This document shows, in pieces, positions 8,934 to 19,900 of a stretch of DNA of 64,000 nt. A model generated the notes under the pieces. The model saw nothing but the letters and a program-made list of their open reading frames with translations, was not told the DNA's origin and made no database searches. Within the stretch, counting starts at the first letter, position 1, and the number at the start of each line of letters is the position of its first letter. A program made the translations under genes and the position numbers. Source of the stretch: Pseudomonadota bacterium (lineage in GTDB: Bacteria > Pseudomonadota > Alphaproteobacteria > SMXQ01); the NCBI GenBank assembly GCA_022566265.1, contig JADFJG010000002.1:9173-73172 (forward strand), read 5' to 3'.

Positions 8934-11567
8934 TCATAACTCGGTCTTGCCGAGCCGCAAGGCGTTGGCGATGACCGAGACCGAGCTGAGGCTCATGGCG
9001 GCGCCGGCGATCATCGGGCTCAGCAATATCCCGAAGACGGGAAACAGCACCCCCGCCGCGATCGGGATGCCGAGCGCGTTGTAGGCAAAGGCGAAGAAGA
9101 GGTTCTGGCGAATGTTCGACATCGTCGCCCTGCTCAGCCTGCGCGCCCTGACGATGCCTCTGAGATCGCCCTTGACCAGGGTGACGCCGGCGCTTTCCAT
9201 GGCGACATCGGTGCCCGTACCCATGGCGATGCCGACTTCGGCCTGGGCCAGCGCCGGGGCGTCGTTCACCCCGTCCCCCGCCATCGCCACGATGCGCCCC
9301 GCCGCCTGTAGCTCCCTGATCACCTCGCTCTTGCGGTCGGGAAGGACCTCGGCCTTGACTTCCTCGATGCCAAGGCGGCGGGCGATGGCCTCGGCGGTGG
9401 CGCGGTTATCGCCGGTCAGCATGACGATGCGAAGCCCGTCCTTGCGCAGCCGCTCGATCGCCGCCGGCGTCGTTTCCTTGATCGGATCGGCGACGGCGAT
9501 CAACCCGGCCGCCTGGCCGTCGAGAGCGACGAACATGACCGTGTTGCCTTCGGCGCTGAGCGCGCCGGCGCGGCCCGAGAAGCTGGCGATATCGATGCCG
9601 AGTTCGGCGAACAGCGCCGCGTTTCCAAGGGCGACGGATTTGCCGTCGACGGTGCCGGTGACGCCCATCCCGGTCAGGGACCGGAAGTCGTCGACGCCGG
9701 TGAGTTCGAGGTTGCGCTCCTCGGCGCCGCCGACGATGGCCTCGGCAAGGGCGTGTTCGCTCGCCCGCTCGAGGCTGGCCGCGAGGCGCAACAATTCGCG
9801 ATCATCGACGCCGGGCGCCACTTCCAGGCGCGTGAGGCGCGGTTTGCCCTCGGTCAGCGTGCCGGTCTTGTCGATCACCAGGGTGTCGACCTTCTCGAGC
9901 ACCTCCAGCGCCTCGGCGTTCTTGATCAATACGCCGATGGTGGCCCCGCGGCCGGTGCCGACCATGATCGACATCGGTGTCGCCAGGCCAAGCGCGCAGG
10001 GGCAGGCGATGATCAGCACGGCGACGGCATTGACCAGGGCATAGACCAAGGCCGGGGCCGGCCCGATCAACGCCCAGGTGATGAAGGTGATGACGGCGAT
10101 GACCAGCACCGCGGGCACGAAATAGCCGGCGACCACGTCGGCCGTGCGCTGAATGGGGGCGCGGGAACGCTGCGCTTCGCTCACCATCCGCACGATCTGG
10201 CTCAACAGCGTGTCGGCGCCGACGCGCTCGGCGCGCATGATCAGGCTGCCGGCGCCGTTGATCGTCGCCCCCGTCAGCCAATCGCCGGGGGTCTTTTCCA
10301 CCGGCAGGGATTCGCCGCTGACCATGGATTCGTCGAGGGAGCTCCCGCCCTCGAGCACCACCCCGTCGACCGGGACCTTCTCCCCGGGCCGCACCCTGAG
10401 GCGATCGCCCGGCATCACCCTTTCCAGCGCGATATCCTCCTCGGACCCGTCCTCGCGGATGATGCGCGCCGTCTTCGGCGCCAGGTCGAGGAGGGCGCGG
10501 ATGGCGTCGGATGTCTTGCTCCGCGCGCGCAGCTCCAGCACTTGGCCGAGAAGCACCAGCGCGGTGATGACCGCCGCGGCCTCGAAGTAGACGCCGACCT
10601 CGCCGGTGGCGCCCTTGAACGCCGCCGGGAAGATGTCGGGAAAGAGGACGGCGACGGTGCTGAACAGGTAGGCGACGCCGACGCCAATGGCGATCAGGGT
10701 GAACATGTTGAGGCGGCGAAGAAGGATCGAGTTCCAGCCGCGCACGAAGAACTGCGAGCCGCCCCAAAGGACCACCGGCGTCGCCAGGAAGAACTGGACC
10801 CACGACAACGTCTGCCCGGGCACGGCTTCCTGCAAGGGCCGTCCCGGAATGAGGTCCGACATCGCCAGCAGAACGAGTGGCACCGTGAGGACGAGGGAGG
10901 CCCAGAATTTGCGCGTCATCAACACCAGCTCGGGATTCGGCGGCGCCTCCACCGCCACCGATTGGGGCTCGAGCGCCATGCCGCATTCGGGGCAGTCCCC
11001 CGGTCCGTCGCTGACGATCTCGGGGTGCATCGGGCAGGTGTAGACCGTTTTGGATCCGGCGCCCGGCACCATCACGGGCTCGAGCGCCATGCCGCAATCG
11101 GGGCAATCGCCCGGTGCGTCGTTGACGATTTCGGGGTGCATCGGACAGGTGTAGACCGTCCCGCCGCCGGCGCCGGGCAGGGTCACCGGCTCGAGCGCCA
11201 TGCCGCATTCGGGGCAGTCGCCGGGCCCGGCGTTCCTCACGTCGGGGTGCATCGGACAGGTGTAGACCTCTTCGACGCCGGCGCCGAGGACCACCAAGGG
11301 ATCGAGCGCCATGCCGCATTCGGGACAATCCCCCGCCCCTGCCCGGCGCACATCGGGATGCATCGGACAGCCGAAAATACCGGCGACGACGACGCCGGCC
11401 TGGTGGCCGTGACCGCCGGCGTGATCGTGGTGCCCGCGGCCGGCGCCATGACCGGCGTCATCCTGATGATCGTCGCTCTGATCGGCGTGGCCGTGCTGTT
11501 GGTGACAAGGGTGCCCTTGATCCGCACTCTCACCCGGGTGCTGATCGCCCGATGCTTTCTCGTTCAT
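8934..11567 (-). CDS. copA: copper-translocating P1B-type ATPase with His-rich N-terminus and four tandem CPMHP/CxxC metal-binding repeats
   Basis: 877 aa. ATPase motifs present: CPC ([13 protein letters not shown]), [24 protein letters not shown]-terminus is His-rich ([38 protein letters not shown]), followed by four repeats of YTCPMHPE(I/V)..[13 protein letters not shown]. There is no classical MxCxxC heavy-metal-associated domain. Confidence 0.95.
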   Translation of the reverse strand: MNEKASGDQHPGESADQGHPCHQQHGHADQSDDHQDDAGHGAGRGHHDHAGGHGHQAGVVVAGIFGCPMHPDVRRAGAGDCPECGMALDPLVVLGAGVEEVYTCPMHPDVRNAGPGDCPECGMALEPVTLPGAGGGTVYTCPMHPEIVNDAPGDCPDCGMALEPVMVPGAGSKTVYTCPMHPEIVSDGPGDCPECGMALEPQSVAVEAPPNPELVLMTRKFWASLVLTVPLVLLAMSDLIPGRPLQEAVPGQTLSWVQFFLATPVVLWGGSQFFVRGWNSILLRRLNMFTLIAIGVGVAYLFSTVAVLFPDIFPAAFKGATGEVGVYFEAAAVITALVLLGQVLELRARSKTSDAIRALLDLAPKTARIIREDGSEEDIALERVMPGDRLRVRPGEKVPVDGVVLEGGSSLDESMVSGESLPVEKTPGDWLTGATINGAGSLIMRAERVGADTLLSQIVRMVSEAQRSRAPIQRTADVVAGYFVPAVLVIAVITFITWALIGPAPALVYALVNAVAVLIIACPCALGLATPMSIMVGTGRGATIGVLIKNAEALEVLEKVDTLVIDKTGTLTEGKPRLTRLEVAPGVDDRELLRLAASLERASEHALAEAIVGGAEERNLELTGVDDFRSLTGMGVTGTVDGKSVALGNAALFAELGIDIASFSGRAGALSAEGNTVMFVALDGQAAGLIAVADPIKETTPAAIERLRKDGLRIVMLTGDNRATAEAIARRLGIEEVKAEVLPDRKSEVIRELQAAGRIVAMAGDGVNDAPALAQAEVGIAMGTGTDVAMESAGVTLVKGDLRGIVRARRLSRATMSNIRQNLFFAFAYNALGIPIAAGVLFPVFGILLSPMIAGAAMSLSSVSVIANALRLGKTEL

Positions 11568-11818
11568 GTTCGAGGTCCTAAACGGCGGCCAGGAGAGGAG
11601 GCCGCGAGCGAAGTGGGAACCGGTTTGATGAATCTCAATATCCCATATGAGGCTTCTAGTTGCTGGAAGGTCAAGGTTATTCCGTCCGCTTGCCCCGCGG
11701 TCTTTCCCGGTGCCTGGCGGCGCCTCTCGCGGCCTCCTTCCTTCCCTCGCCGAGACCTGATATATAGGGTGAGTATTGGTTCCGGCTGTATCTTAGGGTC
11801 GCGTCATAAGTCACTGAA

Positions 11819-12406
11819 ATGTTGTTATTAATCGACAATTACGATAGCTTCACCTACAACCTGCTCCACTATCTCGGCGAACTGGGGGCGGAGGTCGTGG
11901 TGAAGCGCAACGATGCGCTCGGCGCCGACGAGGCGATGGCGCTCGGGCTCGACGGACTGGTTTTCTCTCCCGGGCCGTGCGACCCCGACAAGGCGGGCAT
12001 CTGCCTCGAGCTGATCGGCAAAGCGGCCGGGCGGCTGCCGATGCTGGGCGTTTGCCTCGGCCATCAGGCGATCGGCCAGGCCTTCGGCGCCAAGGTGGTG
12101 CGCGGCCCGGCGCCGATGCACGGCAAGCTCAGCGACACCTTTCACCACAATCATGACATGTTCGAGGGCATCCCCAGCCCCTTCCGGGCGACGCGTTACC
12201 ATTCGCTGATCGTGGAGCGCGAGTCGCTGCCGGACTGCCTGGAGGTCACCGCCGAGACCGGCGACGGCATCGTCATGGGGCTGGCGCACCGCGAGCTGCC
12301 GATCTACGGCGTCCAGTTCCATCCCGAGAGCATCGCGTCGGAGCACGGCCACCAGGTGCTCAAGAATTTCCTCGGCCGGGCGCGGCGGGGAGGACTCGCG
12401 GCATGA
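11819..12406 (+). CDS. trpG: anthranilate synthase component II (glutamine amidotransferase)
   Basis: 195 aa. Class-I GATase motifs: [29 protein letters not shown]. Confidence 0.9.
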   Translation: MLLLIDNYDSFTYNLLHYLGELGAEVVVKRNDALGADEAMALGLDGLVFSPGPCDPDKAGICLELIGKAAGRLPMLGVCLGHQAIGQAFGAKVVRGPAPMHGKLSDTFHHNHDMFEGIPSPFRATRYHSLIVERESLPDCLEVTAETGDGIVMGLAHRELPIYGVQFHPESIASEHGHQVLKNFLGRARRGGLAA

Positions 12407-13437
12407 GCGGAGAAGCCAACGAGTTCAAGGAACTCCTGGCTTTCGTCGCCGACGGCGGACGCATGAGCCAGGTCCAGGCCGAGGAGGCGTTCGAGATCAT
12501 CATGTCGGGCGAGGCGACGCCGTCCCAGATGGGCGCTTTCCTCATGGCGCTTAGGGTCCGTGGCGAGACCGTGGACGAGATCGTCGGCGCCGCCCGGGTG
12601 ATGCGGGCCAAGGCGCTCAAAATCGACGCCCCCGACGGCGCCATCGACACTTGCGGCACCGGCGGCGATGCTTCGGGCACCTTCAATATCTCCACCGGCG
12701 CCGCCCTGGTGGCGGCGGCGGCGGGCGTGCCGGTGGCCAAGCACGGCAACCGGGCGCTGTCCTCGAAATCCGGCTCGGCCGACGTGTTGGCCGCGCTCGG
12801 CGTCAACATCGACGCCGATATGGCGCTGGTGAAGGAATGCCTGTGGGAGAACAACATCGGCTTCCTCATGGCGCCGCGCCACCACAGCGCCATGCGCCAT
12901 GTCGGACCGACCCGGGCCGAACTCGGCACCCGCACCATATTCAACCTGCTGGGCCCGCTGTCGAACCCGGCCGGCGCCAAGCGCCAGCTCCTCGGCGTGT
13001 TCCACCATCAATGGATCGAGCCGATCGCCGAGGTGCTGGCCAATCTCGGCGCCGAGCGGGCCTGGGTGGTGCACGGCGCCGACGGGCTGGACGAGTTGAC
13101 CACCACCGGCGCATCCTACGTCGCCGAGTTGAACGACGGGCGCATCGCCACCTTCGAGGTCACGCCCGAGCAAGCGGGCCTTCCCCGCGCCAGGCCCGAG
13201 GATTTGAAGGGCGCGGACGCCGGGACCAACGCCAAGGCGATGGGCGAAATGCTCGCCGGAGAGCCCGGCCCCTTCCGCGATATCGTGCTCTATAACGCCG
13301 CCGCGGCGCTCATCGTCGCCGGCAAGGCGGAAGGCCTGAAGGCCGGTGTCGCCGCCGCCGCCGAGGCCGTCGATTCGGGCGCCGCCAAGGGCGTGCTCGA
13401 CCGCCTTATCGACATCACCAACCGCCAGGCCGCCTGA
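12403..13437 (+). CDS. trpD: anthranilate phosphoribosyltransferase
   Basis: 344 aa. Motifs [36 protein letters not shown] and [13 protein letters not shown] 4-nt ATGA overlap with trpG suggests translational coupling. Confidence 0.95.
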   Translation: MSGEANEFKELLAFVADGGRMSQVQAEEAFEIIMSGEATPSQMGAFLMALRVRGETVDEIVGAARVMRAKALKIDAPDGAIDTCGTGGDASGTFNISTGAALVAAAAGVPVAKHGNRALSSKSGSADVLAALGVNIDADMALVKECLWENNIGFLMAPRHHSAMRHVGPTRAELGTRTIFNLLGPLSNPAGAKRQLLGVFHHQWIEPIAEVLANLGAERAWVVHGADGLDELTTTGASYVAELNDGRIATFEVTPEQAGLPRARPEDLKGADAGTNAKAMGEMLAGEPGPFRDIVLYNAAAALIVAGKAEGLKAGVAAAAEAVDSGAAKGVLDRLIDITNRQAA

Positions 13438-13451
13438 GGCCAGAGATATAG

Positions 13452-14279
13452 ATGGGCGACAAACTTGCCGAAATCTGCGCCGTGAAGCGCGACCATGTGA
13501 AGGCCTGCATGGCGCGCCGACCTCTGCGCGAGGTCATCATCGCGGCGAACGGCGCCGGCCCGCCGAGGGGATTTCACGCCGCCCTTGCCGGCGTCCGGGA
13601 GGCCGGCGGTTACGGTCTGATCGCCGAGATCAAGCGGGCCTCGCCGAGCGCCGGTCTGATCCGCCCCGATTTCGCGCCCGAAGAGCTCGCCGCCGCCTAT
13701 GAGAGAGGCGGCGCGGTATGCCTTTCGGTGCTGACCGACGTTGCCTATTTTCAGGGCAGCGATGACGACCTGGTTAGCGCCCGGGGGGCGTCGGCGCTGC
13801 CGGTATTGCGCAAGGACTTCATGGTCGATCCCTATCAGATCGCCGAGGCCCGCGCCCTTGGCGCCGACTGCGTGCTGCTGATCATGGCGGCGCTCGACGA
13901 CGGGATGGCGCGGGAACTTGAGACGAGCGCGCGATCGTTCGGCATGGACGTCCTGATCGAGGTCCATGACGAGGGCGAGCTTGGCCGCGCGCTGGGGCTG
14001 GGCTCAAAGCTGATCGGCATCAACAACCGCGACCTCAAGACGCTTAAGACCGACCTCGCGACCACCGAGGCGCTGGCCTCGAAGGTGCCCGGAGACCGCC
14101 TCGTGGTCAGCGAAAGCGGCCTCCATGGCGCCGGCGACCTCGCCCGCATGGCCGAGGCCGGCGTCACCTCTTTCCTCATCGGCGAATCGCTGATGCGCCA
14201 GGCCGACGTCGAAGCGGCGACGCGCGCCCTTCTCGCTCCGCCGGCTTTGGCGGCTGGCAGCGGCCGGGCACGGGCCTGA
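13452..14279 (+). CDS. trpC: indole-3-glycerol phosphate synthase
   Basis: 275 aa. Motifs [34 protein letters not shown]. Confidence 0.9.
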   Translation: MGDKLAEICAVKRDHVKACMARRPLREVIIAANGAGPPRGFHAALAGVREAGGYGLIAEIKRASPSAGLIRPDFAPEELAAAYERGGAVCLSVLTDVAYFQGSDDDLVSARGASALPVLRKDFMVDPYQIAEARALGADCVLLIMAALDDGMARELETSARSFGMDVLIEVHDEGELGRALGLGSKLIGINNRDLKTLKTDLATTEALASKVPGDRLVVSESGLHGAGDLARMAEAGVTSFLIGESLMRQADVEAATRALLAPPALAAGSGRARA

Positions 14280-14292
14280 TCGCGGAAAGAGC

Positions 14293-14769
14293 ATGGCCGA
14301 ACTCACCCATTTCGACGCCAAGGGCAAGAGCCGCATGGTCGACGTTTCCGACAAGGAGGTGAGCCAGCGCGTCGCCGTGGCGGCGGGCTCGGTGGTCATG
14401 GCGCCCGACACCATGAAGCTGATCACCGAAGGCGGCGTCAAGAAGGGCGACGTGCTGTCGGTGGCCCGCCTCGCCGGCATCATGGGCGCCAAGAAGACAC
14501 CCGAGCTTATCCCGCTGTGCCATCCCCTGGCGCTCGATTCGGTCGAGGTGGACCTGGTCTGCGACCCCGAACGAAACGCCATCGACATCACCGCGACCTG
14601 CAAGGTGACGGGACGCACCGGGGTGGAGATGGAAGCCCTGACCGCCGTCGCCGTCGCCGCGCTCACCATCTATGACATGTGCAAGGCCGTCGACCGGGCG
14701 ATGCGGATCACCGATATTCGCCTGATCCACAAGTCCGGCGGCAAGTCCGGCACCTACGACGCCCGATGA
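14293..14769 (+). CDS. moaC: cyclic pyranopterin monophosphate synthase
   Basis: 158 aa. [11 protein letters not shown] and [11 protein letters not shown] motifs are typical of MoaC. Confidence 0.9.
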   Translation: MAELTHFDAKGKSRMVDVSDKEVSQRVAVAAGSVVMAPDTMKLITEGGVKKGDVLSVARLAGIMGAKKTPELIPLCHPLALDSVEVDLVCDPERNAIDITATCKVTGRTGVEMEALTAVAVAALTIYDMCKAVDRAMRITDIRLIHKSGGKSGTYDAR

Positions 14770-15983
14770 CGATATCCGTAGACCAAGCCCGCGCCCGGAT
14801 TACCGGCGCCTTCAGCCCCCTCGCCGCCGAGCAGGTCGGGATCGAAGGGGCGCTCGGCCGGGTGCTGGCCGAGGACCTGGCGTCGCGCCGCGGCCAGCCC
14901 CCGGTGGCGGTCTCGGCGATGGACGGCTATGCCGTGCGCGCCCGGGACGTGGCGAACGTGCCGGTGACGCTCAAGGTCATCGGCGAGGCGCCGGCGGGGG
15001 CGGAATTCAAGGGAAACATCGGCGCCGGAGAAGCGGTGCGGATCTTCACCGGCGGTCCGGTGCCCGATGGCGCCGATGCCATCGTCATCCAGGAGAACAC
15101 CGACCTCGGCGCCGAAGCGGTGTCGGTGAAGGAAACCGTCGAGGCCGGCGCCTATATCCGCGAAGCCGGGCTCGACTTCAAGGAACACGACGTGCTTCTA
15201 CGCCAAGGCAGGGTGCTGACGGCGCGGGATGTCGGCCTGGCGGCGGCGATGAACCGGCCCTGGCTAAGCGTGCGGCGCAAACCCCGCGTCGCCATCCTGG
15301 CGACCGGGGACGAGGTGGTGATGCCGGGCGAGCCCTTGGGCCCCAACCAGATCGCAAGCTCCAACGCGGTGGCCCTCGCCGCCTTCGTGGCCGCCGACGG
15401 CGGCGTCCCCTTCAACCTCGGCATCGCGCCGGACGACGCCGGCGCCATCGGCGCCATCGCCGAGGGAGCGCGGGGGATGGACCTCCTCATCACCACCGGC
15501 GGCGCTTCGGTCGGCGACCACGACCTGGTCAAGACGGCGCTGGACGACCACGGCTTGGAGCTCGATTTCTGGGGCATCGCCATGAAACCGGGTAAGCCCC
15601 TGATGTTCGGGCGCCTGGGCGCGACGCCGATGCTCGGCCTTCCCGGCAATCCGGTATCCGCCCTGGTCTGCGCCGTCCTGTTCGTGCGCCCGGCGCTGGC
15701 CGTCATGCTCGGCATCGATCGGGCGGAGGAAACGGTGAAGTCGGCGCGCCTCGGCAAGGACGTGGGCAAGAACGGCGCGCGGGAGGAATATATGCGCGCG
15801 ACGCTGACGCAAAACGACGCGGGAGAGCAACTTGTCATTCCCTTCGATGTTCAGGACAGCTCCATGCTGGCGACCCTGGCCGGCGCCGATTGCCTGATAA
15901 AGCGTCCACCCCACGCCCCAGCCGCGAAGGCCGGAGAGCGGGTCGAAATCATCCCCCTCGCCGGCGGCATCGTCGGCATTTAG
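14766..15983 (+). CDS. moeA: molybdopterin molybdotransferase
   Basis: Start at the Met of [12 protein letters not shown], giving an ATGA overlap with the moaC stop. Contains the MoeA PGNPVSA motif and a GGxS region. Confidence 0.85.
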   Translation: MTISVDQARARITGAFSPLAAEQVGIEGALGRVLAEDLASRRGQPPVAVSAMDGYAVRARDVANVPVTLKVIGEAPAGAEFKGNIGAGEAVRIFTGGPVPDGADAIVIQENTDLGAEAVSVKETVEAGAYIREAGLDFKEHDVLLRQGRVLTARDVGLAAAMNRPWLSVRRKPRVAILATGDEVVMPGEPLGPNQIASSNAVALAAFVAADGGVPFNLGIAPDDAGAIGAIAEGARGMDLLITTGGASVGDHDLVKTALDDHGLELDFWGIAMKPGKPLMFGRLGATPMLGLPGNPVSALVCAVLFVRPALAVMLGIDRAEETVKSARLGKDVGKNGAREEYMRATLTQNDAGEQLVIPFDVQDSSMLATLAGADCLIKRPPHAPAAKAGERVEIIPLAGGIVGI

Positions 15984-16150
15984 CGCACACTCCGGCCACC
16001 TTCATAAAAATTGTGGCCCACATAGTCGTCGAAGGGCGTCGCCTTCAGGGCCGATTGACGACGATTGGCGCGCCGCCCCTTTCGTTTCGGCGGTTTCTCC
16101 CGATTTTTTTTGTGTGATCTTTTGGCCACTTAATCCTTGACGGCGGGTGA

Positions 16151-16190
16151 GAACTAAACTAGAACATGTACAGACGTTTTGGTTTTGTTC
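16151..16190 (+). promoter_or_regulatory. LexA operator(s) upstream of lexA: exact alphaproteobacterial GAAC-N7-GAAC (GTTC-N7-GTTC) box plus a second near-consensus box
   Basis: GAACtaaactaGAAC at 16151-16165 matches the alphaproteobacterial SOS box exactly (read on the opposite strand, GTTC-N7-GTTC). GTTTtggttttGTTC at 16176-16190 is a one-mismatch second box. These lie 35-74 bp upstream of the lexA start. Confidence 0.7.
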
Positions 16191-16224
16191 CATATTTTGT
16201 GTTCCCACGCCGCCGGGGGGCGAT

Positions 16225-16935
16225 ATGCTGACAAAAAAGCAACACGAACTTTTACTCTACGTGAACCAGCATCTGCGCGAGAGCGGCATATCGCCTTCGT
16301 TCGATGAAATGAAGGACGCGCTCGGGCTGAAATCGAAATCGGGCATCCACCGGTTGATCACCGGGCTGGTGGAACGCGGTTTCATCCACCGCCTGCCCCA
16401 CCGGGCCCGCGCGCTCGAGGTGCTGCGCATGCCGGAGGGCACGGCGGTCTCGCCATCGGGCGCTCCCGGCAACGGCTCGGGCTTCGCTCCCAACGTCATC
16501 GAGGGCCGGTTCAAGCCCGAACTGCCTGGAAGCCAGCCGGTGCCGGCCGGCGAGGTGGTGGAGCTGCCGCTTTACGGCCGCATCGCCGCCGGCACGCCGA
16601 TTGAAGCGTTGCGGGACCACACCGAAACCGTGGCGCTGCCGCCGCACATGGTCAGTGGCGGCGAACATTACGCGCTCGAGGTCGAAGGTGATTCGATGAT
16701 CGATGCCGGCATCCTCGACGGCGACATCGCCATCATCCGGCGTTGCGACGTGGCCGAGACCGGCGCCATCGTCGTCGCCCTGATCGATGAGAACGAGGTG
16801 ACGCTGAAGCGGCTGCGCCGAAAGGGCCACTCCATCGCGCTGGAGCCCGCCAACGAGGCCTACGAGACCCGCATCTTCGGCCCCGACAGGGTGCGTCTGC
16901 AAGGCCGCCTCGTCGGCCTCCTGCGCAAGTACTAG
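16225..16935 (+). CDS. lexA: LexA repressor
   Basis: Start at [11 protein letters not shown]-terminal winged-helix domain, and a C-terminal S24 peptidase domain ([13 protein letters not shown]...[18 protein letters not shown]) with a Ser/Lys dyad. Confidence 0.95.
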   Translation: MLTKKQHELLLYVNQHLRESGISPSFDEMKDALGLKSKSGIHRLITGLVERGFIHRLPHRARALEVLRMPEGTAVSPSGAPGNGSGFAPNVIEGRFKPELPGSQPVPAGEVVELPLYGRIAAGTPIEALRDHTETVALPPHMVSGGEHYALEVEGDSMIDAGILDGDIAIIRRCDVAETGAIVVALIDENEVTLKRLRRKGHSIALEPANEAYETRIFGPDRVRLQGRLVGLLRKY

Positions 16936-16980
16936 AGCGTACCCCGATTGGCTTGACCCCTCCCGCTCCCCCCGCGGGAC

Positions 16981-19900
16981 GTGTCCCGGTCGGCCGGCAA
17001 CGCCCTGAAAGGCCCCGCCCAGGGGCCTTTCACGCTATGGCCCGCTCAGGGAACAAGATTGGCTCAAAACGAGACACAGCAGATAGAGATATACATCGGA
17101 CAGCAGATCGAGCATGCGTCCGAGCGGGCCGTACTCGACCGGCTTGTCCACCTGCTCAAGCGTGATCAGCGACCGGCCATTATCCTTTCAAATTTCAGTC
17201 TGAAAGCTCGCCAGATCGATTTCGTCGTGGGCTTGGATGACCTGGCTCTGGTCGTCGAAGCAAAGGGTTGCTCTCGGCCTGTGCGCGGTGGGGAGAACGG
17301 CCCTTGGCACGTCGGGTTGGCATCGGGCGACTGGAAAGATTTTCGGAACCCTTACGTTCAGGCCCGCGATGCAGCCCTCGCAGTCAAGGATGCTATGCGC
17401 TCCTTCTTTAATGCCGACGTACAGTACCCTTCGGCAGCACTCATTTTCGTGCCCGAGATCCCGCGCGGCTCTCGGGTTTATGCGGGAGACTTCAAAGTGT
17501 CAGTGACCGGCCTGGACGGTTTGCATGCCGCGCTTCAGACGCGACAAAACGACACCTGGCCGCTCATTCAGTGGAGAGAGTTCGCCCAGCATCTTCGACT
17601 CACGCCCGTTTCCACGGTTGCAACTGCGTGTGACCCCAGCCTGGCTGGGGCTGAGGACCTCCTCAGGCGCTACACGGCAGCATTCGGCCGCACATACACG
17701 TCTGCGGAGCCGTTGATTCCCTTCGTATGCCAATCGGATGGGGAGGCGATTTCGTCCGAGGATGTCGCTCGTCTGGTTTCTGAGCAGCACGCTGACATCC
17801 TGATCCGAGGCCCCTCAGGATGCGGCAAGACACTGTTGGCGGCCCACGCCGGCCTTGAGTTCAACCGGCGTGGTGGAGTAGCCATCACCATTCCTGCCAG
17901 GAATTACACCGGCAGTCTCAAGGCCGTGCTTGATCGCGAAGCCAGTTTGTTGGGTGCCGCATCGGCCGTAAAGCTGTTAAACGCGGCGCGGAGGCGCAAC
18001 CGACCAATCCTTTTTATCCTCGATGGCTATAACGAGTGCGCAGAGTCGGAACAGTCGTCACTCACCCGTGGGCTTGCTGCGCTGGCGCGAAATTATGAAG
18101 GCAGCGTCCTTATCACCTCACAGACGCCGCTGGCACGAAACGACCTACTGGCGCTCCGTGCTGTTGAGGTCTCGTCGACCAGCATGGAAACGAAGATTGC
18201 CATCGCTCTGAACGTCATAGGTGGCGATGCGCTACCAAGGGAAATCAAACCTCTGCTCGATGCAGTCAGCACTGGCCTGGAGGCTAGGCTCGTTGGCGAA
18301 GTGGGTCAGCAGCCTAGCCGCGGGAGCAGCCGGTATGCTTTGTTCGATGCGTTCGCACGGAAACGACTGGGCAACGCGGCCAACGATGGCATTCGCACCC
18401 TTACGGAGGTGGCCGCTTGGCTCTCCGACCGCATCGCATTCAGTCTGTCGATACGCGATCTCGACCGCCTCGCAGACGCTGAGCGTGTGCCACAATCGCT
18501 ACTCAGACTCTTGCAGACATCAGGCTTGCTCGCATTACGTGGAGACCGGGTCAGCTTCGAACATGAAATGTTCTTCAACGCCTTTGCGGCGGAAGCGGTA
18601 GTTCGTCGCACGGCAGGTCAGTCAGAGCCGCTTCTGATTGCACTCACCACCCCACAGCATGCTGCGCGCAAGGACTTTATCATCGGAGCAATCGACGACG
18701 ATCTTCTCCTCGAACAGGTATTGGAGGGAGTGACAGATAGAACGTGCGTCGCTGCGTGCCTCTCTGGAGCATGTGGCCGCCGGGCGCAGGAATGGGCCGA
18801 AGCTCGTTGCCTAAACCTGTTGGAACGACTCCGCGAGGAAGTTCGCAACATTCGATTCCGGATATACGATAAGGGCTGGTGGAACGTCGCCTTTGAGGAA
18901 GATTTCTTGACCACCTGGAGTCTGTGCGATCGAGCATTCCTCGCTGCGTTGCCGCAGTTGATCGCCGAAGGGTGCTATCTCGACGATATCCTTAACATTA
19001 TCGGGATCCTGGACCAACGCATTGCTGAAGAATGGAGCCGGCTACGCCACGAAGCCAGCGAACGCTCCATTGCACTTCGAAGCGGACTTTTTGCAAACAG
19101 CTACGTCTTTCCGTTCAGCGCTACTCCTGGAATTACCCAGATCTGCTCTCACTTGCACGGCCAACTCTTTTGGACCACAAGCGATGCAGTAGCAAGGGTC
19201 ATCGAAAGAAACCTGATGGGAGACGACTTGTCTCCTGGACAGCTCTACCTGATTCTGATGCTGCGTCGTGGCGCCGATATCGCGGCGTCACTCATTACTC
19301 GCGCCCTCAAGACGCGCTGGGCCAGCGCCCCCTACCATCTGCGGCTGGACTTAATAGATGCGGCTGTTGTGTGTCAGCGGGCTAATGAAGCTGATCGAAC
19401 TGCTCTGATCGAGGCAATTGAAGCGCTTCCGCAACCTCAACACCCGTTCATCTCAACTGCAATCGTAGACGCGTTGCGATTCCTGGGGGGCCTCGAAACG
19501 CCCGAACAAGAGCACCAAATTGTCGTTCGCGAAGAAATCAGCCGGTGCCTTACCTGTCCGGATGACGCGGAAACCTGCGCTGCAGCCTACGGCATCTACT
19601 CCGCGCAGTTCGATCATCCCTTTTCGGGCGCTTACTGTGAGGTCGTCCCCAATCTCTCCGATGACGAGCGAAAGCAGCTCTTGATGATGGCGGCGAGAGG
19701 AGCCGATGATTCCACGTTCTTCCTGTCCCCGTTGCTCATCGAACTGGCATCATTTGGAGACCCCAAAGTCGGCGTCATTATCGGCCGCTCGACCGAATTT
19801 CCGCCTACTGACAGCTTCATGCCCCAGGACGCCATCGCCGTCTTCGTCGTCGCCCACGTCTCCCTGGGCCGCCTCGGCTGCCGCCTGCCCGATAGGCAAC

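Noticed and set aside
9753-11831. 692-aa + strand ORF, and other long ORFs overlapping copA on both strands
   Set aside because: Arg/Gly/Asp-rich low-complexity translations antisense to a well-supported P-type ATPase. These are high-GC artefacts.
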